From an uncultured delta proteobacterium (GTDB taxonomy: Bacteria > Desulfobacterota > Syntrophobacteria > BM002): DNA of 32,942 nt. Both the position numbers and the translations under genes were made by a program. The stretch lies in NCBI GenBank assembly GCA_963712115.1, contig CAVQGX010000051.1, positions 1 through 32,942 on the forward strand. Reading direction: 5' to 3'. Below are positions 8,383 to 17,111 of this stretch, in pieces. Each line of letters starts with the position of its first letter. The stretch's first letter is position 1. The notes under the pieces were generated by a model. That model was not told the DNA's origin. It made no database searches and saw only the letters and a program-made list of their open reading frames with translations.

Positions 8383-10791
8383 TCAGGAACGCAAGTGGGC
8401 CTCGAATGCATCAACGACCTTTTGACTTAGATCCTTGTGGATCTCGTTTACCTCTAGATCGGTGAGACTGCGTTCTGCAGACCTGTAAGTTATGCGAAAG
8501 GCCAGACTCTTTCTGTCTTTCGCTACCTGCGTGCCGCGATATTGATCGAATAAGGTTATGCTTTCAGCGTATTGCGGTCGATGTTCTTCCAGATAGTCCA
8601 GGAGGTCTTGAGCGGCAACAGAATCAGCAACCACGATGGCCAGATCGCGATTGACCGGGGGGAATCTTGGCAGGGCCTGGAACTTTTTCACTGACATCGT
8701 TTTTTCCATAAGGAGATCGAAGTCGAGGTCAAAGAGATAAACTGGCCCCTTTAGATCAAAGCTATCCAATACACCGGGATCAACCTCACCCAGATCCCCA
8801 AGGAATAGGTCAGCAGCCTGGATTCGGGCAGCGGCCTGAGGATTAAGGTAGGGAGCCGGAGACTTCGCGGACCAGCGAAGATCTCTAATTCCTAGATGCA
8901 TAAATAGAGCTTCTAGCGCACCTTTGGCGTCGAAGAAATCAACAGCTTGACTCGGCTCGTTCCACCCTGGAGGGCGTCGCAAGCCGGAAAGTAAACCACA
9001 GAGGTTGAAGCGCTCTTCGGGTAGCTCCTCACCTTCCTTGGTGAAAAAGACTTTGCTCAGTTCAACAAGCCTGAGATCGAAGTTGTTTTGACGTTGGTTT
9101 CTGGCAGCAGTCTCTAAAATGTTTGGCACAAGGGAGGTCCGCATTACTGACTGGTCCTCGCTCAAAGGGTTACGCAGAGGAAGCAACTGTCGCCGCCGGT
9201 CGTCATCTTTCAGTCGCAGCAAGTCGATAGCTCGCGGGTTGATGAATGAATAGGATACAATCTCACAGAAGCCTAAGCTTGCTAGAGTCTCCTTGGTGTA
9301 CTGTCTGATGATCTGATCTTCTGCGCGTTTCGCCGAGGTCAATCGAGCCACAGGTGAGGCACTGGGGATGAGGTCATATCCAGCCAAACGAGCCACCTCT
9401 TCCATGAGGTCCACTTCCCGAGTCAGGTCGGCACGAAAGGAAGGTGGCTTCACCACCAAGAGGTCTTCCCCAGCTGAGCTGACTTTCAACTGAATTGACT
9501 CCAAGTGCTTTGAGATCTCTTCCCTGGAGAGATTCGTACCAAGGAAACGATTTGTTTTGGACAGGCGAAGCTCTATAGGTTCGAGTTTTATTGGAAGCGG
9601 ATAAACATCTAGACGACCACTGGCAAGTTCACCCTCACCCAATTCAACCATTAATTGAGCAGCCCGATCCAATGCAGTAATCACTCCTTCAGGATCCACT
9701 CCTCGCTCGAAGCGGTAAGACGATTCAGTACTCAATCCGAGGGCTTTGGCAGTACGCCTGGTTCCGGTGGGCTGGAAATATGCGCTCTCAATTAGAACCG
9801 TTTTGGTCTCCGGAGTAATCTCCGAGTTGAGACCTCCCATAATGCCGGCCAAGGCCACGCCGCGACTGGCGTCACAAATAAGCAGCATATCCCGTCCAAG
9901 TCGGTGCTTCTGGCCGTCTAGGGTGACGAAGGTTTCATTTGGCTGGGCCCGGCGCACTACAATGCGATGTTCGTCCAAGCGGTGACAGTCGAAGGCGTGC
10001 AGAGGCTGGCCCAACTCCATCATAACGTAGTTGGTGACGTCGACGATGTTGTTTATGGCCCTAACTCCTTGGGCCTCCAATCGCTGCTGCAGCCATAAAG
10101 GAGAAGACTTGATCTTGATGTTTTGAACAATACGGGCTGCATAGCGGGGACAAAGGTCGGCGTCCTCGATTGTCACTGAAGATAGGGATTCTATTGGGGG
10201 GCCGGTCTCCTTCAAGCTTATGATGGGTGGAGACCATTTCACTCCGAAAAGAGCAGCCACCTCTCGGGCAATGCCGACCACGCTTAGACAGTCGGCCCGG
10301 TTAGGCGTTATGCCGATATAGTAAATGACGTCGTCGAGGTCGAGAGCCTCGGCCAGCGGTGTGCCGGGACGCAAGTTGGAATCTAGCACCATGATCCCAC
10401 TGGCATCTTCTCCCAAGCCCAGCTCTCTTTCTGAGCAGATCATACCCTGGGAGAGCACACCGTGAATCTCAGCTGAGCGAACCTCAGAACCGTCGACCAG
10501 ACAAGCTCCGTCCAGCGCAAGAGGTACAACTTGTCCTACTGCTACATTTGGAGCTCCACAAACCACCTCGAGAATATCATCAGGGATTTCAACCTTGCAC
10601 ACCTGGAGGTGCTCAGCATTGGGATGTTTTTCCATGTCCTGGATGCGGCCCACCACTATCCGTTCCAGGCCGAATTGAAAAGGTTCAATGGCTTCAACTT
10701 CTAGCCCCGCCATGGTGAGTCGATGGGCGATCTCATCAGGTGTAGCATTACAGTCCACCATAGACCGAAGCCATTTGAAGCTAATCTGCAT
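8383..10791 (-). CDS. pheT: Phenylalanine--tRNA ligase beta subunit
   Basis: LTMAGLEVE, VVCGAPNV, ITPNRADCLSVVGIARE, SSYRFERGVD, C-terminal anticodon-binding domain RDLAIVV...KSLAFRITYRS. Confidence 0.98.
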   Translation of the reverse strand: MQISFKWLRSMVDCNATPDEIAHRLTMAGLEVEAIEPFQFGLERIVVGRIQDMEKHPNAEHLQVCKVEIPDDILEVVCGAPNVAVGQVVPLALDGACLVDGSEVRSAEIHGVLSQGMICSERELGLGEDASGIMVLDSNLRPGTPLAEALDLDDVIYYIGITPNRADCLSVVGIAREVAALFGVKWSPPIISLKETGPPIESLSSVTIEDADLCPRYAARIVQNIKIKSSPLWLQQRLEAQGVRAINNIVDVTNYVMMELGQPLHAFDCHRLDEHRIVVRRAQPNETFVTLDGQKHRLGRDMLLICDASRGVALAGIMGGLNSEITPETKTVLIESAYFQPTGTRRTAKALGLSTESSYRFERGVDPEGVITALDRAAQLMVELGEGELASGRLDVYPLPIKLEPIELRLSKTNRFLGTNLSREEISKHLESIQLKVSSAGEDLLVVKPPSFRADLTREVDLMEEVARLAGYDLIPSASPVARLTSAKRAEDQIIRQYTKETLASLGFCEIVSYSFINPRAIDLLRLKDDDRRRQLLPLRNPLSEDQSVMRTSLVPNILETAARNQRQNNFDLRLVELSKVFFTKEGEELPEERFNLCGLLSGLRRPPGWNEPSQAVDFFDAKGALEALFMHLGIRDLRWSAKSPAPYLNPQAAARIQAADLFLGDLGEVDPGVLDSFDLKGPVYLFDLDFDLLMEKTMSVKKFQALPRFPPVNRDLAIVVADSVAAQDLLDYLEEHRPQYAESITLFDQYRGTQVAKDRKSLAFRITYRSAERSLTDLEVNEIHKDLSQKVVDAFEAHLRS

Positions 10792-10867
10792 TGGGTCATC
10801 CTCGATGGGGAACTATTTGCAACCAGTTATAGGAGTTCGATTGTAAAGGTCCCGGCATAGGAACTAA

Positions 10868-11050
10868 TGGAGTACTGGAGTACCAAGATGACTAAAAATT
10901 CCAAATAACAAAGACTAAGGTTTCATGTTGGTTTCAGGATTTCAGCTTTTCGGTTCTCCTCCCTGACACCTGAAATCAGAAACTGAATTTAAGACCCCGA
11001 TCCGATTCACGTGCTGGGATTTGCATATTTCGCAGATGCTCCAATACTCC
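10868..11050. repeat. Nested inverted short-repeat element between pheS and pheT
   Basis: Left arms ATGGAGTACTGGAGTA / AATTCCAAATAACAAA / TTTCAGGATTTCAG are mirrored in reverse order by CTGACACCTGAAATCAGAAACTGAA / TGGGATTTG / TGCTCCAATACTCC. Confidence 0.65.
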
Positions 11051-11073
11051 CCGTAGTGTCTTAGGATGAAACG

Positions 11074-12078
11074 CTAAAATTGTTCTAGGAACCGCAGGTC
11101 GTTATCGAAAAACAAGCGAAGGTCGTTTATCCCATACTTGAGCATGGCAATACGCTCGATGCCCATGCCGAAAGCATACCCAGTAACCTCTTCCGGGTCA
11201 TAGCCGACCATTTTGAACACTTCTGGATCTACCATGCCCGATCCTAGAATTTCTAACCAACCAGTTTCAGAACACACCCGGCAACCCTCACCCCGGCACA
11301 TGACGCATTGGATGTCCACTTCCGCACTAGGCTCGGTGAAAGGGAAAAAGCTGGGACGGAAGCGGAGATCCACATCCGGTCCAAACATCTGATGAACGAA
11401 GATGGTAAGCACACCTTTCAGATCACCGAAGGAGACGTCCTTGTCCACCATAAGGCCCTCAACCTGATGGAACATGGGGGTGTGAGTCATGTCAGAATCA
11501 CATCGGTAAGCCTTTCCCGGAGCAATTATCCTCACAGGTGGAGACTGTTTTTCCATGACTCTGACCTGGATGGGGGATGTGTGGGTACGGAGAACTATGT
11601 TGTCCGTGACGTAGAAGGTATCTTGCATGTCCCGGGCAGGGTGGTCTTTGGGGATATTAAGAGCCTCGAAATTATAATAATCCAATTCCACATCTGGTCC
11701 CTCAACTACCTCAAATCCCAGACGCTGGAAGATCTCGGTGATCTCTATGCCGACTTTGGTTATGGGGTGTAGATGACCAAGATAAGGTAGTCTCCCTGGC
11801 AAGGAAATATCCAGGACAGACACTCGCCTCGATACCTCGGCGGTCTGTGACCTCGCTTCCTCAAAAGCACTTTCGAGGCGAGAGCGAGCCTCGTTTAAAA
11901 GCTTGCCCAGAGCAGGTCGTTCTTCGGCAGCGCTAGCCCCCAACTGCTTGAAAAGATCGGCAATCTTCCCCTTCCGCCCAAGCACCTCGATTCGCAAGCG
12001 CTCCAGTTCCTGCGCGCTTTCTAAGCGGGGCAACCGGTCGAGGGTTTCTTGGAGGAGGGTGTCAATTTCTTGTTTCAT
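11074..12078 (-). CDS. pheS: Phenylalanine--tRNA ligase alpha subunit
   Basis: [56 protein letters not shown]. Start is ATG 12078 or GTG 12105. Confidence 0.98.
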   Translation of the reverse strand: MKQEIDTLLQETLDRLPRLESAQELERLRIEVLGRKGKIADLFKQLGASAAEERPALGKLLNEARSRLESAFEEARSQTAEVSRRVSVLDISLPGRLPYLGHLHPITKVGIEITEIFQRLGFEVVEGPDVELDYYNFEALNIPKDHPARDMQDTFYVTDNIVLRTHTSPIQVRVMEKQSPPVRIIAPGKAYRCDSDMTHTPMFHQVEGLMVDKDVSFGDLKGVLTIFVHQMFGPDVDLRFRPSFFPFTEPSAEVDIQCVMCRGEGCRVCSETGWLEILGSGMVDPEVFKMVGYDPEEVTGYAFGMGIERIAMLKYGINDLRLFFDNDLRFLEQF

Positions 12079-12097
12079 CGTTCTGGGAGGTGAAGAT

Positions 12098-12451
12098 CTA
12101 GGCACCGCGACGTGCTAACTCCACAATCTGAGCGAAGCCGTGGGGATCGTTTAGGGCGAGATCAGCCAACACTTTTCGATCTAGGTCGATTCCGGCTTTC
12201 TGCAGACCATCCATGAACCTGCTGTAAGAAAGGCCGTGCATTCGGCTGGCCGCATTGATTCGGGTGATCCAAAGAGAGCGGAATTGGCGCTTGCGGACAC
12301 GACGGTCGCGATAAGCATACTGAAGCGCCCTCTCAACATTCAAGCGGGCTGCGCGCAGCGCTGTGCCGCGTGCCCCGCGATATCCTTTAGCCTTTTTCAG
12401 TATTTTCTTGCGTCGTCTTCTGGAAGCGACCGCGTGAGTGACCCGGGCCAT
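12098..12451 (-). CDS. rplT: 50S ribosomal protein L20
   Basis: [42 protein letters not shown]. Confidence 0.98.
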   Translation of the reverse strand: MARVTHAVASRRRRKKILKKAKGYRGARGTALRAARLNVERALQYAYRDRRVRKRQFRSLWITRINAASRMHGLSYSRFMDGLQKAGIDLDRKVLADLALNDPHGFAQIVELARRGA

Positions 12452-12521
12452 AGTTTACCCCTATGTGAATTTCGAGCTATCCTTTGTCAAAAAAAGGTCA
12501 AGTAGAGATGCAGGGCTCAGA

Positions 12522-12667
12522 AAATTTCGGATTTCGGATTGCGGATTGAAAACACAAAGACGAGCATGGAAGAAAATTAGAGTTCCGCAATCCCCATTCC
12601 TTTACCCTGTGGAATTTCGCCTTCGGCGAACCTCCTATGGAGGATTCCACAGGGCAGGTCCGCAATC
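12522..12667. repeat. TTCGGAT/TCCGCAA heptamer arms with a 50-bp branched palindrome insert (12605-12654)
   Basis: ATTTCGGATTTCGGATTGCGGATT ... TTCCGCAATCCCCATTCC; insert CCCTGTGGAAT-TTCGCCttcGGCGAA-CCTCCtatGGAGG-ATTCCACAGGG. Confidence 0.85.
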
Positions 12668-12697
12668 GATTTACTCCATTAATCCATCACTCCAGCT

Positions 12698-12895
12698 TTA
12701 CATGTACGGAAGCAATCGTCGAAGTCCACGCATATTTGTGGAATCAACAAGTGCTGCTCTGCGCAGGTTTCTCTTTCTCTTGGGTGACTTCTTGGAAAGG
12801 AGATGACTCTTGTAGGCTTTCGACCGGCGCAATTTCCCGGTACCGGTAACCTTAAAACGCTTGGCAGCAGCACGATTTGTCTTCATCTTAGGCAT
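12698..12895 (-). CDS. rpmI: 50S ribosomal protein L35
   Basis: [40 protein letters not shown]. Confidence 0.98.
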   Translation of the reverse strand: MPKMKTNRAAAKRFKVTGTGKLRRSKAYKSHLLSKKSPKRKRNLRRAALVDSTNMRGLRRLLPYM

Positions 12896-12936
12896 AATTA
12901 CTCCCGCAATCTCTAATTCGCAGAACGGAATCTTGT

Positions 12937-12965
12937 AAAATATTCTGTCGCCTGTTAATTGTCAA
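12937..12965 (-). promoter_or_regulatory. Putative internal sigma70 promoter for rpmI-rplT
   Basis: Minus strand TTGACA-N17-TATTTT, about 40 nt upstream of the rpmI ATG. Confidence 0.6.
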
Positions 12966-13002
12966 GCTAATTTTGGGAGAGGAAAAGAAGGAATCCACTT
13001 TG

Positions 13003-13087
13003 ATTTCGGATTGCGGAATTCGGATTGCGGAATTCTAATTCGGTTTGGGTTTGCCTTTCACTTATTTTCAATCCCAAATCCGCAATG
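13003..13087. repeat. Inverted heptamer arrays between infC and rpmI
   Basis: ATTTCGGATTGCGGAATTCGGATTGCGGAATT ... AATCCCAAATCCGCAAT; same unit family as 12522-12667. Confidence 0.75.
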
Positions 13088-13193
13088 ACATTATTGCTGA
13101 CTTATCAACCAACCCGGATAGCGGGGCGCAAATCTTCGCGGCCGCCAAAACAGCAAGTTGAGAACCTTTTGGTCTATAGGAGTATGTGCAGAT

Positions 13194-13703
13194 CTATTGC
13201 CGAGGAGCTAGGATCATGATCATGTTTCTTCCCTCTAGTTTAGGCGCTTGCTCCACAATCCCTTCTTCTTCAATGTCGACAATAATACGCTCGAGAACCT
13301 TCAGTCCTAGCTCGGAATGGGCGATCTCCCGCCCGCGAAACATTATTGTTACTTTGGCTTTGTTTTTCTCGCCAAGAAAACGTTTGATGTGACGTAGTTT
13401 GAATTGATAGTCGTGCTCTTCTGTTTTGGGGCGGATTTTGACTTCCTTCACCTGAATGGTGGTCTGCTTCTTTTTGGCCTCCTGTAATTTCTTGGCCTGC
13501 AAGTACTTGTACTTGCCATAGTCCATTATTTTGCATACAGGGGGCGATGCTTTGGGAGCCACCTCCACCAGGTCAAGTTTTGCTTCCGCGGCGCGAGTCA
13601 ATGCTTCTTCCAGCGGCACGATCCCCAATTGGCTACCGTCCTCACCAATGAGACGGATTTGGGGGGCCCTAATCTTTTGGTTGACGTTAACTTGCTTGAT
13701 TAT
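13194..13703 (-). CDS. infC: Translation initiation factor IF-3 (ATA start)
   Basis: The frame extends upstream of the listed ORF as IKQVNVNQKIRAPQIRLIGEDGSQLG to ATA at 13701-13703, with AGGAGG 8 nt upstream. LDLVEVAP, PPVCKIMDYGKYKY and FRGRE motifs. Confidence 0.96.
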   Translation of the reverse strand: MIKQVNVNQKIRAPQIRLIGEDGSQLGIVPLEEALTRAAEAKLDLVEVAPKASPPVCKIMDYGKYKYLQAKKLQEAKKKQTTIQVKEVKIRPKTEEHDYQFKLRHIKRFLGEKNKAKVTIMFRGREIAHSELGLKVLERIIVDIEEEGIVEQAPKLEGRNMIMILAPRQ

Positions 13704-13952
13704 TTTCCTTCCCTCCTTTCTGAGATGAAATTATTGTTCTTTGTCGTTTGCAAGAAATATACAACATTTCTCAAATCCGAGTATGAAAATTGTGCTTCGG
13801 ACTCCAACCTTGCGGGCGGTTTGTAAGAGTAGTCATGGCCCATCTATCATGTCATCGCAAGCAGCCTCCGGCCCAGAGTGGCCTAAGACCTCTCCGAGTC
13901 GTAGACTCTCAAAAGTCGGAGAGCGGAGGGAGCATGCTCCTACAGCTAATAG

Positions 13953-15881
13953 CTACTGCACTTTAAGAACAGTATGGGTAACACTGTTTTCTTCCATTAC
14001 CAAGCGGATGAAGTCGTTCGCTTCCATGAGCTTCAAGTCTTTACCATCTCTTCGGCGGGGCGAGAGCCCACCAGCTTCCACCTCGCGGTCACCCACAACC
14101 AGCATGTATGGGATTTTCTGAAGCTGTGCTTCGCGGATCTTGAAGCCCAATTTCTCGTTGCGTAAATCCTTCTCAACCCTGACGCCTGCACTCAGGAGCC
14201 GCTGGTACAGTTCCTCACCGTAGGCCAGTTGCCGGTCGGTAACCGTGAGAATAATGGCCTGCACAGGTGCCAGCCAAGTAGGAAAGGCACCGGCGTAATG
14301 TTCTATGAGAACCCCTAGAAATCGTTCCATACTGCCGAGGAGGGTGCGATGAAGCATTACCGGACGATGCTTTTCACCGTCGGCCCCGATGTAATTTAGA
14401 TCGAAACGCTCCGGCAAAGTGAAATCGCACTGGATGGTTGAGCACTGCCACCGCCGGTTCAGAGCATCCTTGAGCAATATGTCAATCTTGGGGCCATAAA
14501 AGGCACCTTCACCGGCACGAATTTTATAGGCGATCTCTTTGTCGAGAAGTGCTTTTTCTAAGGCGTTTGTGGCCCTCTCCCAGTCATCATCGCTGCCGAT
14601 ACGTTTTTCCGGCCGGGTGCTGAGTTCGATCTCATATTCGAAACCAAAAAGCTGCAGCATATCAAGGGCAAAATCAATAATTCCCTTAATCTCACCGTTG
14701 AGTTGCTCCGGGGTGCAGAGCAAATGAGCGTCGTCCTGGGTAAATTGACGCACGCGGGTCAGACCGTGAAGTACACCGGATTTTTCGTGCCGATGTACCA
14801 AACCCATCTCAAAGTATCGAATGGGCAGATCACGGTAAGAGCGAATGGTAGATTTGTAGATGAGCATATGGGCCAGGCAGTTCATGGGCTTGATGCCGTA
14901 TGATTGGCCTTCCACCTCGGTGAAATACATATTTTCCCGGTAGTTTTCAAAGTGGCCCGACCGTTTCCACATCTCGGTTTTGAGTAATTGCGGTCCGATA
15001 ACCATTTGATAGCCACGGCGAAGGTGTGCTTCTTTCTCAAAGGTTTCAAGGATATGGCGAAGCAAGGCACCTTTGGGGTGATAGATTACCAGTCCGGGCC
15101 CCGCCTCATCACTGACCTGAAAGAGATCTAGTTCTCGGCCTAGCTTGCGGTGATCTCGCTTGCGCGCCTCCTCGAGAAGCTGCAGATGTCTCTTCAAATC
15201 CTTTTTGGAGAAAAAGGCGGTTCCATAAATGCGCTGAAGCATGGGATTGCGCTCGTCGCCCCGCCAATAAGCTCCGGCAACCCCGGTGAGCTTGAAGGCT
15301 TTCACCTCACCAGTATTGACCAAGTGGGGACCACGGCAGAGATCAATCCAATCGTCCTGTCCGTAGACTGACACTATGGGCTCTTCCAGTTCCTCTAACA
15401 TCTCGACCTTGTATTTCTCCTGGCGCTGACTGAAAATCTGGATTGCTGCCTGTCGATCCAGTTCTCTGCGATTAATGGGTTTGGCCAGTTTAATTATCTC
15501 CTCCATCTTGGCTTCGATCCGAGGAAGATCTTCCACACTGAAGGTGTCAGGGCAATCAAAGTCGTAGTAGAAACCGTTTTCGATGGCAGGCCCAATGGTA
15601 ATCTTCGCTTCCGGATAAAGGCTTTGCACCGCTTGGGCCATTACGTGCGAGGCAGTGTGGCGAAGGATCTCCAAAGCCTCCTCGCTGTTCTGCTCTAGGG
15701 GTTCAAGCGTACAATCCTTCTCCAAAGAGCGGCTGAGATCAACAAGTTCGCCGTCTACTTTGGCGGCAACCGCCGGGTTACCGTTTTTCTCTCCCAGGCT
15801 TTTTAGAGCCTCCCCGGCGCTTATACCCTTGGGCAAGCTTTGGCTCTCGCCTCTTCTGTTGACTATATTTATCTTTTCCAT
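13953..15881 (-). CDS. thrS: Threonine--tRNA ligase
   Basis: TGS domain, [47 protein letters not shown]. Confidence 0.98.
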   Translation of the reverse strand: MEKINIVNRRGESQSLPKGISAGEALKSLGEKNGNPAVAAKVDGELVDLSRSLEKDCTLEPLEQNSEEALEILRHTASHVMAQAVQSLYPEAKITIGPAIENGFYYDFDCPDTFSVEDLPRIEAKMEEIIKLAKPINRRELDRQAAIQIFSQRQEKYKVEMLEELEEPIVSVYGQDDWIDLCRGPHLVNTGEVKAFKLTGVAGAYWRGDERNPMLQRIYGTAFFSKKDLKRHLQLLEEARKRDHRKLGRELDLFQVSDEAGPGLVIYHPKGALLRHILETFEKEAHLRRGYQMVIGPQLLKTEMWKRSGHFENYRENMYFTEVEGQSYGIKPMNCLAHMLIYKSTIRSYRDLPIRYFEMGLVHRHEKSGVLHGLTRVRQFTQDDAHLLCTPEQLNGEIKGIIDFALDMLQLFGFEYEIELSTRPEKRIGSDDDWERATNALEKALLDKEIAYKIRAGEGAFYGPKIDILLKDALNRRWQCSTIQCDFTLPERFDLNYIGADGEKHRPVMLHRTLLGSMERFLGVLIEHYAGAFPTWLAPVQAIILTVTDRQLAYGEELYQRLLSAGVRVEKDLRNEKLGFKIREAQLQKIPYMLVVGDREVEAGGLSPRRRDGKDLKLMEANDFIRLVMEENSVTHTVLKVQ

Positions 15882-15904
15882 GATGCTCCCGGCTGAAAAA
15901 TAAG

Positions 15905-15941
15905 AAAAGGCACCCGAACGCTATGTTCTCCGATGCCTTTT
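15905..15941 (-). terminator. Stem-loop with U-tract between tRNA-Val and thrS (terminator or leader element)
   Basis: Minus strand AAAAGGCATC-GGA-GAAC-ATAGC-GTTC-G-GGTGCCTTTT followed by CTTATTTTT. Confidence 0.5.
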
Positions 15942-16001
15942 GCTTACTACTAGTTTTTACACCGCATGTAAGTCGTTATCAACACCTTGATTATAAATTT
16001 C

Positions 16002-16076
16002 TGGTAGGCACGTGGGGATTTGAACCCCAGACCCCTACCGCGTCAAGGTAGTGCTCTCCCCCTGAGCTACGTGCCT
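16002..16076 (-). tRNA. tRNA-Val (GAC)
   Basis: Minus strand AGGCACGTAGCTCAGGGGGAGAGCACTACCTTGACGCGGTAGGGGTCTGGGGTTCAAATCCCCACGTGCCTACCA: full cloverleaf, anticodon GAC, encoded CCA. Confidence 0.97.
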
Positions 16077-16169
16077 ATAAATAGAGCATTTACTAAGTAT
16101 CAAGACAGCTGTTCACTGTCAAGGGAAATTTGGGAGCGCTGAAATGGTTCGGCTGTCCTCTTATTAAAA

Positions 16170-16554
16170 ACTAGGCACTCCTTCGACAGGCTCAGGACAA
16201 GTAGGAACTAAGCACTACTTTAAAGGAGTAAGGAGTCAGAATCCAGAATTCAGGAGAAAAGCAAGCAAAATTGAGTTCCTCTGAGCTGCCGCCTCTTTGA
16301 ACCGCAGAATGTCGAACAAGGAATTTCGAATATCGAAGTGATCACTTCATCATTCTGCGGTTTCTTGTTCTGCTGTTCGACCTGCCCGCCATCGCGAGCC
16401 GCTCAGGCGAGGCGGGCGGGTATTCAGTACTTTGAACCATCTGTAGTCTGTCGTCTGACTTCTGACTTCCGACCTCTGACCTCTAATCCCCGTCTCGCCC
16501 GACCTCACGTCTCGCCTAAAAAAGTGCCTACTGCCTAGTGCTCAGTGCCTAGTG
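16170..16554. repeat. Composite nested inverted repeat region B
   Basis: Outer arms CTAGGCAC..CTAAGCAC vs GTGCCTA arrays; next AGTCAGAATCCAGAA vs TCTGACTTCTGAC; inner ACCGCAGAATG..GAAGTG vs CACTTC..CATTCTGCGGT; hairpin inserts at 16180-16200 and 16381-16420. Confidence 0.88.
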
Positions 16555-17099
16555 TGTTTCTGATTGTCCCCTGCTCCTTGCATTATTCGTATTCCCTTGA
16601 CCATATACTGAGCCCAGGAAACAATAGTGACACCGGCGGTGATGTGAAAGAGGATGCTCTTGAGAAGAGGGTGGGGGGTAGCTATGGCCGATGCCATGGT
16701 GACAATGGCAGTAAAGATCTGGGAACAGGTGGTTAGTTTGCTAGCAATAGTTGGCTTAATTTCAAAAGGTAGATCTTGCATAAATAAGACGAAAACGCCC
16801 AGGACGATGAGCACGTCTCGGCTCAAGACAATGACGGTGAGCCAGCTAGGTACGATGTTCTTTACGGCCAAGAGCACGTAGGTAGTAGCCAGTAGCAGCT
16901 TGTCCGCTAAGGGATCGAGAAAGGCTCCCAGCTTGGATTTCTGCATGTATAAACGAGCGATCAAACCGTCCAGGCCGTCAGTAATCCCCGCTACTATGAA
17001 GACAACAAGGGCTGCGCTGAGCCTATCTTCCAGGAGAAAAATGACCAACAACGGGGTCAGCAGGACGCGTGAAATGGTAAGGAGATTAGGAATGGTCAT
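16542..17099 (-). CDS. CDP-alcohol phosphatidyltransferase (PgsA-like)
   Basis: TIPNLLTISR and the signature DGLDGLIAR...GAFLDPLADKLL; several hydrophobic segments. Confidence 0.93.
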   Translation of the reverse strand: MTIPNLLTISRVLLTPLLVIFLLEDRLSAALVVFIVAGITDGLDGLIARLYMQKSKLGAFLDPLADKLLLATTYVLLAVKNIVPSWLTVIVLSRDVLIVLGVFVLFMQDLPFEIKPTIASKLTTCSQIFTAIVTMASAIATPHPLLKSILFHITAGVTIVSWAQYMVKGIRIMQGAGDNQKHTRH

Positions 17100-17111
17100 G
17101 GAAGGAGAGGC

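Noticed and set aside
15882-16001. T-box riboswitch before thrS or a pheM-type attenuator before pheS
   Set aside because: The leaders are too short, with no T-box motif or Phe-rich leader peptide visible
16036-16046. G at position 37 of tRNA-Val(GAC)
   Set aside because: Less common than A37 but still a purine, and the cloverleaf is otherwise normal
15940-16170. Integrated element at tRNA-Val
   Set aside because: No integrase and no duplicated tRNA 3' end seen; the flanking genes are core
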